Source: Chiloscyllium plagiosum (Eukaryota). From it: a stretch of DNA of 43,032 bases. Every line of letters begins with the position of its first letter. Within the stretch, counting starts at the first letter, position 1. The notes beneath the pieces are model-generated. The model made no database searches. It worked only from the letters and a program-made list of their open reading frames with translations, and had not been told where the DNA came from. The translations under genes and the position numbers were made by a program. The stretch covers positions 41,327,208 to 41,370,239 of the forward strand of contig NC_057718.1 in NCBI RefSeq assembly GCF_004010195.1, in the 5' to 3' direction. This document shows positions 12,600 through 24,950 of the stretch, piece after piece.

Positions 12600-12820
12600 A
12601 AAGGAAAACTGCTTTACGGAGTGAGACCTCGAATTTTTAGTGGACAGAGTGGTGGAGAGACAGGCAGACCTTTTCCCAGCTGTTTGATAGAGGAGGCCAT
12701 ACCAAAAGACGAAGCTAGTTTGGACCAAACTGCAGCCAGGCTCAATGCTGGGACCCAAATGAAGCAGGGCACCAGCGATGCAGGAACAAGATCAATGCTC
12801 TTCTGTACATTGTAAGAATA
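12600..12820 (+). pseudogene. Decayed Harbinger-associated Myb/SANT DNA-binding ORF
   Basis: Manual translation across stops and frameshifts gives FTE*DLEFLVDRVVERQADLFP...RRPYQKTKLVW / QTAARLNA / QRCRNKINALL. This fits the Myb/SANT-like pattern F...LE.L...V......LF...W......QC..K.N.L. Confidence 0.65.
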
Positions 12821-13169
12821 ATTGTCACCATTTGCTGAGAAATCAAGCTAAGACTCACAAGATGCATCTTATATAAATTCATGAGATGCAGGCATGGCCC
12901 TGTGTACAAAGTGACCAGTAGGAGCATGCAGGTCATAGGTGTCCCTGAGTTCCAAAGTGTTGAAGGGCCAGGATGGTGTGAGAGTTGATCCAAAAGCAGG
13001 AATGAGGATGCAGTGAGGCTAGTGGCTTGTCAAAGTCCACTTGCATGAAAGGTTTGAGGATCATGGTGGCTGTGGAGAATGCAGTGATGTTGTTGTAAAG
13101 AAGCAAGTCAATGATGGCTGGGTCAAGCATTCAATGAGCTATAGCTACCAGATACCCACTGTGATTTAC

Positions 13170-13357
13170 GCAGAGGTGGGTACTGCAGAAGATAGAGATT
13201 AGAATTAAGATTAGAGTGGTACTGGAGACACACAGCAGGTCAGGTAGCATCCAAGAAGCAGGGAAATTGATGAAGGGCTTTTGCCCAAAATGTTGATTTT
13301 CCTGCTCCTCGGATGCTACCTGACCTGCTGTGCATTTCCAGCACCACTCTAATCTTG
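13170..13357. mobile_element. Fold-back PLE-derived mini-element with a central degenerate HHR and 16-bp TSD
   Basis: Inverted arms at about 13207-13266 and 13297-13356 surround tgatga-agggcttttgccc-aaaatgtt. Perfect flanking repeat acccactgtgatttac at 13154-13169 and 13358-13373. Confidence 0.9.
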
Positions 13358-14004
13358 ACCCACTGTGATTTACCCATCCATGAATTTGCACCATCTAGTT
13401 TTACAGTGAAGGAGAGGACACTACATAAGGCAAGTTGGAGCTTTAGAGAGATTTAAATGCTTGGAATAGGGTTGTCACTGTTCAATGGCGAGGTTCCGAC
13501 TTGGCCATATACGACTTGAGAAAATCAGAAGGTATGTTCTCAGCATCCAGAGCCCGAGATTGTCCATTTTTCCCTTACTGTTTATACCACATGCAGGAGG
13601 AAAAACTTCCAACTATTGTGACATCCTCACTGACATGCTGTTATATGACAGAGTGACACAACATGTCCTGACATTCTAACTGGCCACTTACAGTGGGTTG
13701 AATTTTGTGCAGCTTGCATGAGCAGGATGAGAGGTGAGGGTGTCAAGTGCAAAATGGAAGGATCATGGCCTTCCATTAATGGGGAAAGTGGAGGACATTC
13801 TTTACGACCAAAGAGCAATTGTGCCACTTAAAGTTCCTACCATCATTGACATTTTAACAATGAATGGGGCCCTCTTTTGTATGGGGAGAGACTGACTGTT
13901 GAAGCTGATGGCCTCCCTGTGGCTTGATATGAATGGGGCACTATGCTGGGCAGGGCACCTGAATGGTAATGACAGCACATGCAGCAGCTCCTCTACCACA
14001 CCCC

Positions 14005-14303
14005 GGGCAGCAAGTCAGGGTGCCACCGTGGTTAGCACTTCTGCTTCATAGCACCAGAGACCCAGGTTCAACTCCAGTATTGGGCGACTCTCTGTGTGGA
14101 ACTTATACATTCTCGCTGTGTCAGATCACCTGTCGGCTTTGGGTTTCCTCCCACAGTCCAAAGATGTGCACGTTAGGTGGATTGGTCATAGTAAAAACCC
14201 CAAGCGGGGTTACTAGGGTGGGGGAGTGGGTCTGGATGGGATGGTTTTTGGAGGGCTCGTGCAGACTTGATAGGCTGAATAGCCTTTTTCTGCACTGTGG
14301 GGT
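14005..14303 (+). mobile_element. HE1-type (V-SINE) elasmobranch SINE
   Basis: tRNA-like head gtggttagcact...ggttcaactcc, core gggtttcctcccacagtccaaagatgtgcacgttaggtggattgg and a CR1-like tail. Confidence 0.85.
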
Positions 14304-15619
14304 CCTAGCTCTGACCCCACTTATCCTGCTGTGAGGTTTACAGCTGGGTGCAGTCGTACCAGTGCCCACTACTACCTGGGGAACTAAAATAATTAAGTTT
14401 CTTTTCAATGGGGAGCATAGTTGAACAGTCTCTGCAAAATATGGAGAGGTATGATTAATGGAGTAGGTTACTCACACTACATTTTCATCCTTCTTTTGAT
14501 GACCTTTGAGCAGTTTCTGTGCCATAGATATGGAATCGCATAGTGCAGCAACTCATGAAAATTTGGGCAAAGATGTGAAAATAAAATATATCAAATCACA
14601 TTCAGCATTCACAGAGAATAAACTGTAGTCACACCACAACGGGAGGTTAGTATGGGCTCTGAGAATCAAGGTTAAGGGAAGTACACAGCATCAGGTCAAA
14701 CTTTCAGTTTACTCTTGATACCCTTAACATTCCTTTGCACTTGACCTCCAAATGTCTTATGATAATGTGAATGGCCAACAGTTACACACTGGAATATTTT
14801 GTCATTGTATGCTGCATAAAATGCCAATGAAAACTGCAAATGTTAGATTCATTTTGTTGTTGCAACCACATCATCTGGTCTTTTTGCCAAACTGTATTCC
14901 CCCCCCGCGCCCCCTTTTAGCTTAAATAGTAACTATTCCACATAGACTGCAGCATTAACCAGAATAGAAACGATTGCACAGAAAGCTATCACGTATCAGA
15001 AGGATTCCGACAGTTTTGAAAATCTGGGCACGAAATTTAGAACAAAAATGACCATTTTGTGTGCATTGTTGGCTATTTTACACAAGGCACCAGGTTCCTG
15101 TGCAGAAATCTGCCAGGCTGGTTGCTTGGCATGGGCCACTTTCACCACGTTGAATCTGCGATGATGCCCTTAGTGTGTTTTAAATTCCCAATTAACCTGG
15201 CTTGTTGCTAAGCAGAGTACCCGCCACCGGCCCAGTTGGTACAATTGCAGTGGGGAAGGAAATGGCAGCCAGATGGTGGGCAAGCAACGCCCAAGATTTA
15301 GCAAGTGCCCCCGCCTTCAAATTCATCGATAAGGGAGCATCAACTCCAGCTTGACAAGTGATTTTTGATTTCTAAGTTAGGGAGTCACCTCCGATGGTCT
15401 ACCAGAGAGGGTTTTAGAGCATTTGCTGTGAATATCTGCTTGAAGTATACAGATGCATGAGAAAAACAGTTGCTCCCAGAAATGCATGCAGAAGCAGCAA
15501 ACTCTTTGGAAAACAGTTGAACAGAGAGAATAAGCGGAGATGACAGAAGCACAGAACAAGCAGCTGGAAGATGAAGTAGCAAGCAGTGGCAAAAGGGGTC
15601 TGTATATCAGTCATAACTA

Positions 15620-16330
15620 CCAAAAGTGTTCAGGACCTAACTCCCCAGCCAGAGCTCAGTGAGGGACAATGTAATTGACATTTACATGTCAGCAACGATA
15701 TCCTGTCTGAAATCTGCTGCAGCCAGAACTGCAACTTCGAAACAGAGCAAGGACACAATTGCCAATGACTGTGAAGGTCATTATAACTATGAATTAGAAT
15801 GCATCCACCTCCTTTTCAGTTTGGAGCTTGGGATATTTGCCACATCTTGCTGTTTAATTGCATCTGTTGCATGAAGGAAGTCCCTGATACTCTTCATTCA
15901 AAACAGCAAGCTCCATTTCATTCTTTCTTGTCAGAAAGCAATAGGTTGAATGAGTAGGCAGCTTTGAAAAGCTTACAAGCTTTACCAAGGTGTCAGGTGT
16001 CACTGGCTGAATGCATGTCACTTTTTGGGTGCTGCATGTCAACCCTTTGGTGTACTGCATCCGCAACATAAGTCCTTCAACATCCAAGTTATGTCTAACT
16101 ATAGGCAGTGAATCAAGATTTGTACAAGGCTTTCCATACATGAGCCAGTCATAATATGCCTTCTCTTCAAGAGTTGCTTTAAGAGCTGCTGGATGGCTTT
16201 GACTGGGTGCAGTTAGCTTCAATCAGTGATACCTTCTCTCAATGTTGAGAGCCATACTGTGGCATGTAACCACTCAACAGTATTATTACTGCTGCCACTA
16301 TGTTACAAACATAGTATGCAGAATGAAAGA
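15620..16330 (+). pseudogene. Decayed PIF/Harbinger DDE transposase (HARBI1-like)
   Basis: Manual translation gives colinear blocks ELSEGQC..LHVS....EIC, LPMTVKVIITMN*NASTSF, DICHI...CCMKEVPDTL, FEKLTSFTKVSGVTG*MHV, SFNIQVMSN, GWL*LG and IITAATMLQ. They match recalled Harbinger motifs LPVAVKVTVALNFYASGSFQ, GFPRVQGAIDCTHV, SINVQLVCD and IIVACCMLHN. Confidence 0.8.
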
Positions 16331-16489
16331 GGTATGCCTTGTATTTTTGGAGGCTATTTAGCTTCTCTTAGTTTTAAGATTTGATAAGTGGACAGACCTT
16401 TGTACAAGTTTAATCTGGAAATCTTCCTCTGTTTTCATTCTTAGCAATCATCAGAAAGAATAGAGCCTTATTCCTGCTTTTTAAAAAAG

Positions 16490-16880
16490 AATTCTCTGTA
16501 TTTCTCCAACTAGTTTTTGTCCGTCCTCTTCCCTCTTGTACAAATTGTGGCTCCTGTCAGTTAATAGATCCACAGGTGCCAGGTGTCTTTCAATAACCCA
16601 CTCAAGTGGACATTCTTGTCATTCATTGCATTTCAACCAATATAATGAATGCTTGAAAATTATTCAATAACAGTGAAACCTTATTCTGTCCTTACCTGGC
16701 ATTCACTTGTATCCCAGGGCTTCTGGAGAGCAAAAAAATATAAGAATCCAAATGCAAGCCAACTGCAGCAATTGCACAGTCTTTCTGGCTTAGGTTCTCA
16801 GCTCAGCTCTGCCAGAGACTGAACCTGGAATTTCCTCGGGAGGTTTACACTGTCCTAACTGACCGAGCATGGTTAGGGAA
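16490..16880 (-). mobile_element. Ancient SINE-like remnant
   Basis: B-box-like ccaggttcagtctc on minus near 16815-16828; otherwise highly diverged. Confidence 0.35.
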
Positions 16881-16939
16881 ATTGAAAGCTGCCCTTGAAG
16901 GGCAACCAATCACTTCCTAAGTCTCCCTTTAAAAATAAC

Positions 16940-18145
16940 TTGACTAACTTACATGTAGTTTCTGAGGAAATAATAAGGAGGATTGATGAAGGTTGATGAG
17001 GTCTATATGGATTTTAGCAAGGCTTTTGACAAGATCCCACATGGCAGACTGGTTTACCAAATAGAAGCCAATGGATTCAGGGAAATGTGACAAGCTGGAT
17101 ACAAAATCGACTCAGTGGCTGGAAACATAGATGTTTTTACATCTGGAAAGCTATATATAATGGCCTTCCACAGGTCTCCATATGAGATCCCCATGCTTTT
17201 TGTGGTCGATATTAACGATTTGGATGTAAATGTAAGGGGCATGGTCAAGAAGTTTGCATGCAGCACAAATATTGGTCATGTGGTTGAAAATGAGGAAAAA
17301 AGCTGTAAACTGCAGGAAGGTTTCATTAGATGGGTGACGAAGTGGCAAGTGGAATTAACACAGAAAAGTGCAAGATGATACCTTTGGGAAGCTCAACAAG
17401 ATAAGAGAATACACAATGAGAGGTTACTGAGAGATGTAGAGGAAGTGAGCGTCCACAGACACCTGAAGCAGCAGAACATTTTGATGAGGTAGGTTAAGGA
17501 AGCATATGAAATACTTTCTTTTATTAGCCAAAGTATAGACAAATGCCAGGGAGATTATTCTGAAACTGTATTAATCATTAGTTCAGCCACAACCTGAGTA
17601 CTGTGTGCAGTTCCGGTCACCTCATTACGGAAAGGATGTAATTGCACTAGAGACAGTACAGAGGAGATTTATGAGGTTATTGTTAAGACTGGAAAATTGC
17701 AGCCATGAGGGAAGATTAAATAAACTGGGGTTGTTCTTCTTGGAATAAAGGAAGCTGAGAGGAAATTTGATTGAGAGTACAAAACTGAAAGGGTCCAGTG
17801 AAGAATGAATGGAAAGGGCCTATGTACATGAGCAGAGAAGTCAGTAATAAGGGTGTATGGAATGAAAACAATTGGTAGAAAGATTAGAAGTAAGGTGAGG
17901 AAACATGTTTCATCCAGAGGATGCCAGATCTGGAATTCACTGTCTAAAAGTGTAATAGAGGCAGTAAAGCATAATCCATTTAAATGCTGCCCAGGTATGA
18001 ACCTCAGGTGCTGTAGCCTTCTGTGCATTGCAGCAAATGCTGGAACCTCGGGCTGGACTGAGGGATTTTGTTTTGTACCGGTGCAGACATGATTGGCCAA
18101 GTGACCACTTTCTCTGCTCTAAATTTTCTATAACTTCTGTTTCTA
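16940..18145 (+). mobile_element. Decayed CR1 LINE (RT to 3' tail)
   Basis: VYMDFSKAFDKIPHGRL at about 17000-17052, INDLD...KFA, EYCVQF.SPHY.KD and a ttctat-type tail. Confidence 0.85.
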
Positions 18146-18564
18146 TAGCACACTGAGTTGGGGAGAAGGACACCATCTGGAAGCTGGAAGGATCATTCTT
18201 TAAATATGGAAGCCTGGGATCTAAGAACTTTGAAAAGACGATAGCTCCATTAATCAATGCACCAAACCAGGTAAGCAGTTGAGAATTTCCCACTGGGTGA
18301 AATTAGCAGGAGGTAGGGGGTCAGAAGAAGCTGAGTTAGGTAAGTTTTAAATTTTTGTTTCTTCCTTTGTGTGGTGAAGTGGTGCAGAATTCTCCTCCAA
18401 CACCGACTGAGTACAGTGAATTATGGAGACTGCTCCTACAGTCACTGTCAGCAGCCTCTTGTCATCATCCAATGTTCTGCAGCTATTGAACTACTGTTTC
18501 TTACCAGTTTCAGTTAGGGAGCTGACCAATAACACATGGATTTGTTGCTGATGTCCTGAACTCT

Positions 18565-18870
18565 TGGCCTCAGTGTGGACTCGGACTCTCGGCCTAAGCG
18601 TGGATTCAGTGTGGTAGTCACTTGACCCAATGTAGTAATCTCTTGGCCAGTGTGGCAGTCTCTCAATCCAGTATGGTGATGTCCTGGCCCAGTGTGGGTG
18701 TCTCTCACGCTGGTGTGGGGGTCTCTCGGTGGCCCAGTGTGGCGGTCTCTCAGTGTTGAGGTGTGGCAGTCACCTGGCGGCCCGGTGTGGCAGTCCCCTT
18801 GCCCAGTGTAGCGGTCCCCTGTATGGTGTGACAGTCTCTCGGCCCGATGTGGCAGTCTCTGGGCCCAGTA
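18565..18870. repeat. Degenerate minisatellite, about 21-bp unit ggcccagtgtggcagtctctc
   Basis: Roughly 14 diverged tandem units visible. Confidence 0.85.
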
Positions 18871-18989
18871 TTGTTATTTATGGCACTGATTATTACTATG
18901 CAGTCCATAAAAATGCTTTTGAAAGCATTTTAACCATCAGAAAGGCCTGGAACATTGATAAGATTTTATAACTGATAGCATGAGAGAGG

Positions 18990-19270
18990 ACAAAAGGTGA
19001 AAGGAGAAGTTTTAAAAAAGACCCGAGGGGCAACTGTTTTTACACAGAGAGTGGTTCGTGTGTGGAATGATTTGCCTGAGGAAGTGATGGATATGATACA
19101 TTTATAACATTTAAAAGACATTTTGGATAAGTACGTGAATTAGAAAGGTTTGGAGGGATGTGGGGTAAATGCAGGCAAGTGGGACTGGATTAGGTTGGGA
19201 ACATGGTTGGCATGGACTATTTGGACCAAAGAGTCTGTTTCCATGTTGCATGACTGTATGACTCTAAACT
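18990..19270 (+). mobile_element. CR1 LINE 3' end
   Basis: tttttacacagagagtggttcgtgtgtggaat (FTQRVV.VWN) plus tail tgtatgactcta. Confidence 0.85.
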
Positions 19271-19702
19271 TTAGTCATATGCATGTGCTGACAGGAATTC
19301 CTATTCAGTTCAACCAGATATTGCCATGCTTGGGATCCCAGAATAGCTGCTACTGCAAAATCACGGTGCAATTTAGTTTAAAAGTGTTACTATTAAGCAT
19401 TATTGAGTATGAGAAAGTATTATTGGGCAGCACTTAAGCAAGTAGGATATAGCACTGGATGATGAAACTTAGGAGCTGCATTATTAAGTTACATCAGAGG
19501 CAGGATGACTAAGTGATTGGTAAAGAATGTAATATTTGTTTGGACATATGTTCCCATCACTAGCCTTTTCATTAGAGGCAAATTTGGACTGGTCTGAGGT
19601 GGCTGAGAATGGTTGGCACAGTGTTGCAAATATGAGGTTTCTAGGATTTCATCTTTTGGGAAAGTATCTCATTTATAGTAAAATGGAGGAATGAAGAAAT
19701 AT

Positions 19703-20556
19703 TGTGATCGGTTCTTATTTCTGTCTGACAGCAAACTTGAACAGCTTTGTTTGTTAAAGTTTAAGGGACGGGGAATCGAGTTGATTTACTAGGGAGAAGG
19801 TGCGCAATATTTACGGTTGTAAACATTGACCTGAGCAACTGTGGATACATTGTTAATCTCCAAATCCCAGGAAGGTGTAAGGAACATCAGGTTTCATAAA
19901 CATTGCACTTTATATTGTTTACTTAATTCCAAGATAGGTTGGAGTTTGGGTAGGTGGGGAAAGGTTGCCCAGAGGGTAGATAATGGGCATTTCCACCACA
20001 CAGGTCCCAAGTGATTCATGTGTCATGGGGATGGGTTTTGAGAAAGGGAGAGTCCATAGGATGCCATCGTAAGATCAGGATGCAGGTTATGGTTATCCCA
20101 AATACAGAATTACTGGTCTTCACAGAGTGGGTCTGCAAGATGATGAGAAAGAGTGAGAGAATAGAAGCTGTACGTCTCCATGATTCACCACTAGAAAAAA
20201 ATGCAGATAGAAGCCTAAAGGAATTCAGTTTGAGAGAGTCTAAATGAGGCTCAAAGTCTTACCCAGTTTTTGCTCAAGAAAAGTATCTCCAATTCGTATT
20301 TCACGGTGACAGTCAGTTCTGGCATTAGGAGTTATCCAGCTGAGAAAGGAAAGTAAGTGAGACAGGTCCTCAGGAGCTGAGGATTTCTGACAATTGCAAA
20401 ATTAAATGGAGGATTATTTCCAACAGTTTACATTGTACATTGCTTCCAGAAATAGTATATAGTTGATACTGCCTTTAGTTATTTTTGTTTATAGTAAAGG
20501 CCTTAAAATTTGGAATCCTGGAACTTGATCCTTTCAGTCATTCACTGAAAGTTACA
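19703..20556. mobile_element. Possible solo LTR
   Basis: Starts TGTGA and ends TTACA, with flanks aatat/aacat (1 mismatch) and no coding capacity. Confidence 0.35.
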
Positions 20557-21110
20557 AACATATGAATATGAGAAGCATGTGTAGGTATTCCTTTTTATTC
20601 ATTTATGGTATGTGAGCTTTGCTTCTGGGGCAACATTTATTGCCCATCTCTAGTTCTCCTTGACAAGGTGATGATGTATTGCCTTGAACTGCAGTAATCA
20701 TTTGATGCAGATACACTCACAATGCCATCGCCTCCCTAAGTACATCTAGACTGCTTTACCATTCAATAAATCATGGCTAATTTGACTGGAGCCTCAACAG
20801 TTTTCTCCCTACTCCCCAATAACCTCCGACTCCTTTGTTAGCCAAGAAACTAATGTACCTCTGGTTAAATGTATTCAACGACCTTGCCTCTCCCATTCTC
20901 TATGGACGTGAATTACAAAGATCCACAACACGAGGAGAAAATAAGTTATCCTCATTTCTGATTTAAATGGAAGATCCCTTACTTTTAAACACTTTCCCTT
21001 TGTCCTTGTCTCTATCACAAGGGGAAACATTCTTTCAGCACTCGCCCTGACAAATCTTCTCAAATGTTTCAATAAGATCACTTCTTATTCTTCTGAACTC
21101 CAATGGATAT

Positions 21111-21967
21111 TGTAAGGACAATATAAATTTTAGTTGAAATATAAACTGGAAAAGGGAAGTTTGGACTGCTGTATTGCAAAGAATTAATTTTTTTTAACAT
21201 CACGAAGGAAAAGGGGAACAGTTTTGCATTCACCCATTGATTGCACAAGTGCATGCAACTGTCGTTGAAGCTGATTTGATACTTTTCTGAGACTAGCTGA
21301 TACTATGTGCATTTTGGATAAAAAAATTAACTGCCCAGCAACAGCTTTTGGATTAGTTTTAAGTAGCAGTTTGTCACAGAACTGAGAGAAAGCAGCAATT
21401 GTACCCAGACCTCCAAAAGCCTACAAGCAAGCCAGATTGCTCTTTTCATCTGAGTGGGAGAAAACAATCATTGAAAGACTCTGCAAAGAAAAGCTTTTAA
21501 CTCAAGCCATGTCCTAGCTCAATTGTCCAGCTACGGAATTGATCGCTTATGTTAACAACAACATGATACCATCCTCAAAAACCAAAAAGAAATTTGTTCT
21601 ACTTGTGGTTTGGCCTATTGATTCATAGAGATTGTTCCTTTTTGCCTATATTTTCCACCCATGATATTCTGCCATGTTTGCCCTACTTGACAATGAATGT
21701 GCGTGTGTTTGGATGGAAAGGAGATGTAGTTTAAATTGGTTAATTCATAATACAAGTTACCACTTGTTAAAGGATGCTTTGTCATAATAATAGAAGTTTT
21801 TAGTTTTTGTTAATGAAACTTGATGTGAATTTTTCTCCTCCCAGACACTAATCACAGTCAGACAAATTAATGATCCACGTGATTAAATTGTTCATTTTTA
21901 TAATTCTGATGACTTGTGGATTAGGGAGCTTGATTTCCAGAGCCCAATTCCCATTAGGGTCATGACA
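21111..21967. mobile_element. Probable solo LTR (857 bp)
   Basis: TGTAAG...ATGACA termini. It interrupts a continuous CR1 sequence, with 4-bp flanks atat/atac. Confidence 0.65.
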
Positions 21968-22022
21968 ATACAAACTCAGTCTGTCTAATCTTACTGCATG
22001 AGATAATCTTGTCATTGTCAAT

Positions 22023-22157
22023 CTCCTCATTCCAGAAGAAGGGCCTATGCCCGAAACTTCGATTCTCCTGCTCCTTGGATGCTGCCTGACCTGCTGCGCT
22101 TTTCCAGCAACACATTTTTCAGCTCTGACCTCCAGTATCTGCAGTCCTCACTTTCTC
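22023..22157 (+). mobile_element. Short Neptune-type PLE terminal copy with mutated HHR
   Basis: cagaaga-agggcctatgccc-GAAAC-ttc followed by gatgctgcctgacctgctg...ctcactttctc; possible cattgt TSD. Confidence 0.85.
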
Positions 22158-22450
22158 CATTGTGAGTATTGGTTGAGTAAACCTTTTCCAAATTGCTTCC
22201 AATACATTTACCTCTTCCTTAAAAAGGGAGACCACGATAGTATAGAAAACTCCAGCTATCACCTCAACAATAGTCCAAATGACTGTAGCAAAATATCGCT
22301 ACTCTTATATTCTATTCCCCTTGCAATAAACAAGATTCCATTTATGTTCTTAAACTCTTGCTGTACCTGCATACTGACTTTCTGAGATTTTCTCACAGAA
22401 AGAATATGAATGCTTTTTGAAAGCTTTTGGTCTTTATGAGGTTACCTCCT

Positions 22451-22580
22451 CAACCACCTGATGAAGGAGCGGTGCTCCAAAAGCTAATGCTTCCAAATAA
22501 ATCTGTTGGACTATAACCTGGTGTTGTGTGGTTTTTGACTTTGTCCACCAAAGTCCAACACCGGCACCTTCAAGTCATGG
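22451..22580 (+). mobile_element. Short probable PLE terminal copy of a different family, with HHR-like motif
   Basis: cac-CTGATGA-a-ggagc-ggt-gctcc-aaaagc-ta-atg; the GAAA has become AAAA, consistent with CpG decay. Confidence 0.7.
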
Positions 22581-23899
22581 GTCTCTATGGGGATTGTAAC
22601 AATGGTTACTTGCCTGCAAGTAGTGAATAGCTTAATGAGACCACTAAAGGACAATGAACTTCGGCCGACTGGTATTTTATACAGGGAGTGAACTCCCAAA
22701 GAAAATCTGAGGCACATGTAACAATAATATTAGTGAAATTTAGATGGTTCATATTTCAAGTGTGAGGAGAATAATATTATTTTCCCAACAATTACTCTTG
22801 TTCTGGTGCTGTATCAAATTCAGGAAAGCTTTTGATTAATTCCTCTGCCCTGCTATAATAATTGATGCTTGCTCTGTGCTTTGTTTGGCATGATTAAATA
22901 TATGATTTTTGATGTCTCTGCAAGTCTGTCATTGTTGCTGTGCTTGTAAATTATTAAACACCAAACCAGTTTCGATGAGATAGTTCAAATTGTCGTTATC
23001 CTAGATGAATGCCATGCATTAGAAACCACAAAAGTGTTGAGAGCAATTATGGCATTCACATTCCTGGCAGTGTGTTAGAAGAAGAATGTGTGTTTGCTAT
23101 CGACCAGTGGCAGTCTTGAATGCGTCTGGGAGCATGCAGGATAAAAATCTATCAAGGGCCTCATGTGGGACTTGAGTATTTGTGCAGTGACTTCAGGTCC
23201 CAGGAACCCTGGCCATTCCTGAAAGGGCCAAGCTGCATTCAAAATGGTTTAGTAATGAGGCTGGAAATAGCATATCAGATACTACTAGACTGCATACTTG
23301 AGGTCCAAGGATATAATGCTATAACTGGAGATTGTTCCCAGAACACAATGTAGTTTGAAGTTAGCTGTAAATAACTCTATAATATCTTTAATCCATCTCA
23401 CACTGCATAGATTTCCTGAATGACACTGTTTTCTAAATTGTATGCAATTACTAATGCTAAAGATTCTATTCTGTGCAGTAGCACACTCATTCATTTCCTC
23501 AACTGGTCTCAGGTTTCCTCTACCACTTGTAGTACATTAACACATATTCAACTTTTAATAAAATTTAGTGTTTCCTAACCCTGAGTTCACCCCATGTTAA
23601 GTCATAGGCTTTGGTTTTAAACAACTAATTCCAAAAAGAAATGCTTCCAACACTTACTGCCAATACATTTCTTTCATAAATATTACAAATTATTCTCTTG
23701 CTATCTCAAAATCTAAAAGGTTTTTTCTTTATTGTAAAACGTCACTGGTTTGACAATATAAAAGGGATATGTTATAGTGACCATAATCTTATATTCAATG
23801 GTCATTATATATATCTGAAGGTTTATACTTTGTACACATTTCATATTATCAGAACATTTCAAAAGATTGAAAAGCTACTGAGTTATTTTGTCATCTCAG

Positions 23900-24205
23900 A
23901 TCCTGTTATTTTGTCAGTTAACGTGGCAACCAATTTCTGAAAATTTTGTTCTCACAAAACAGCAATGACCAGTAAATCTGTTTTGGTGATGGTGGATGGC
24001 AGATCAATGTTGGTCAGGGCACAGAGAAAATCTCTGGCTTTTCTTCAAAAAAAAAATTTTACAAACTACCTATCAGTTGTCTTAAAAATAGCACTTCCAA
24101 GGTAGCACTCCCCTGTACAGCACGAAAGTATCAGGCCAACGTGTGTGCTCAAGTCCAAGAGTGGGTGGGACATGAACGTTGAACATTCTCACGGAGAGGC
24201 ATGCT
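23900..24205 (-). mobile_element. Old Deu-domain SINE (SacSINE1-like)
   Basis: Reverse-complement similarity to 31155-31590 (cttgagcaca...ctgtacaggggagtgc). Confidence 0.55.
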
Positions 24206-24657
24206 GACAAATGTATGCGTAAATATATTTTCAATTGTTATTATTACTGTCAGGCCTAATAAGAAGGTCATCAATGGCTCCAAAATAACGATGATGAGAA
24301 TGATTAAGGAGTCTTTACATGCAGTATCACATTGCTCACGTTTACCTATTATGTTACTTATGAGTTTGTTTGCTGGAACTGTATTCTATTACCAGTTCCT
24401 AGATGAAACATATATCAGGCCCTATTTTCAGGAATTAAGCCCAACACTGCGCTGACTGTGTGGCATTCTGATACAAAAGTGTGGTGCTACAACTACTGTT
24501 CTTTGACTTCTAATTCAGTTGGATCAGGTATCAAGGGAGAACTTCTATTAATTCAACGTCTCACTGGAGTAAAAATTGTTAAGGACCCTTGATCCAAAAT
24601 GGGTCAGCAGTTGACTGATTCCTCTGGATAATTTTGTTATGTGTCTGGATCAGGGTT

Positions 24658-24950
24658 ATAGAACATAGAACATAGAAGAATACAGCGCAGTACAAGCCCT
24701 TTGGCCCTCGATGTTGCGCCGATCCAAGCCCACCTAACCTACACTAGCCCATTATCCTCCATATGCCTATCCAATGCCCGCTTAAATGCCCATAAAGAGG
24801 GAGAGTCCACCACTGCTACTGGCAGGGCATTCCATGAACTCACAACTCGCTGAGTAAAGAACCTACCCCTAACATCTGTCCTATACCTACCCCCCCTTAA
24901 TTTAAAGCTATGCCCCCTCGTAATAGCTGACTCCATACGTGGAAAAAGGT
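24658..24950 (-). mobile_element. Young CR1 LINE 3' end
   Basis: ORF TRGHSFKLRGGRYRTDVRGRFFTQRVVSSWNALP and an (atagaac)n tail. Confidence 0.9.

Larger units (their letters stand above)
20557..22400 (-). mobile_element. Old CR1 LINE 3' region carrying nested insertions
   Basis: ORF 20875..21081 ERMFPLVIETRTKGKCLKVRDLPFKSEMR is a CR1 C-terminus. The sequence resumes after inserts at about 20590-20725, 21111-21967 and 22023-22157. Confidence 0.75.

Noticed and set aside
12900..13480. Second Harbinger transposase on the minus strand (NHSG...IIDLLLYNN)
   Set aside because: The resemblance is limited to a few residues, too weak to support.
14005..14075. tRNA gene
   Set aside because: The A/B-box-like head runs directly into a SINE body, and no complete cloverleaf is evident. 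The same applies to 38660-38734.
15854..16222. 122-aa minus-strand ORF
   Set aside because: It is the antisense shadow of the decayed Harbinger transposase on the plus strand.
18565..18870. CRISPR-like array
   Set aside because: The units are contiguous without unique spacers and the context is eukaryotic; it is a minisatellite.
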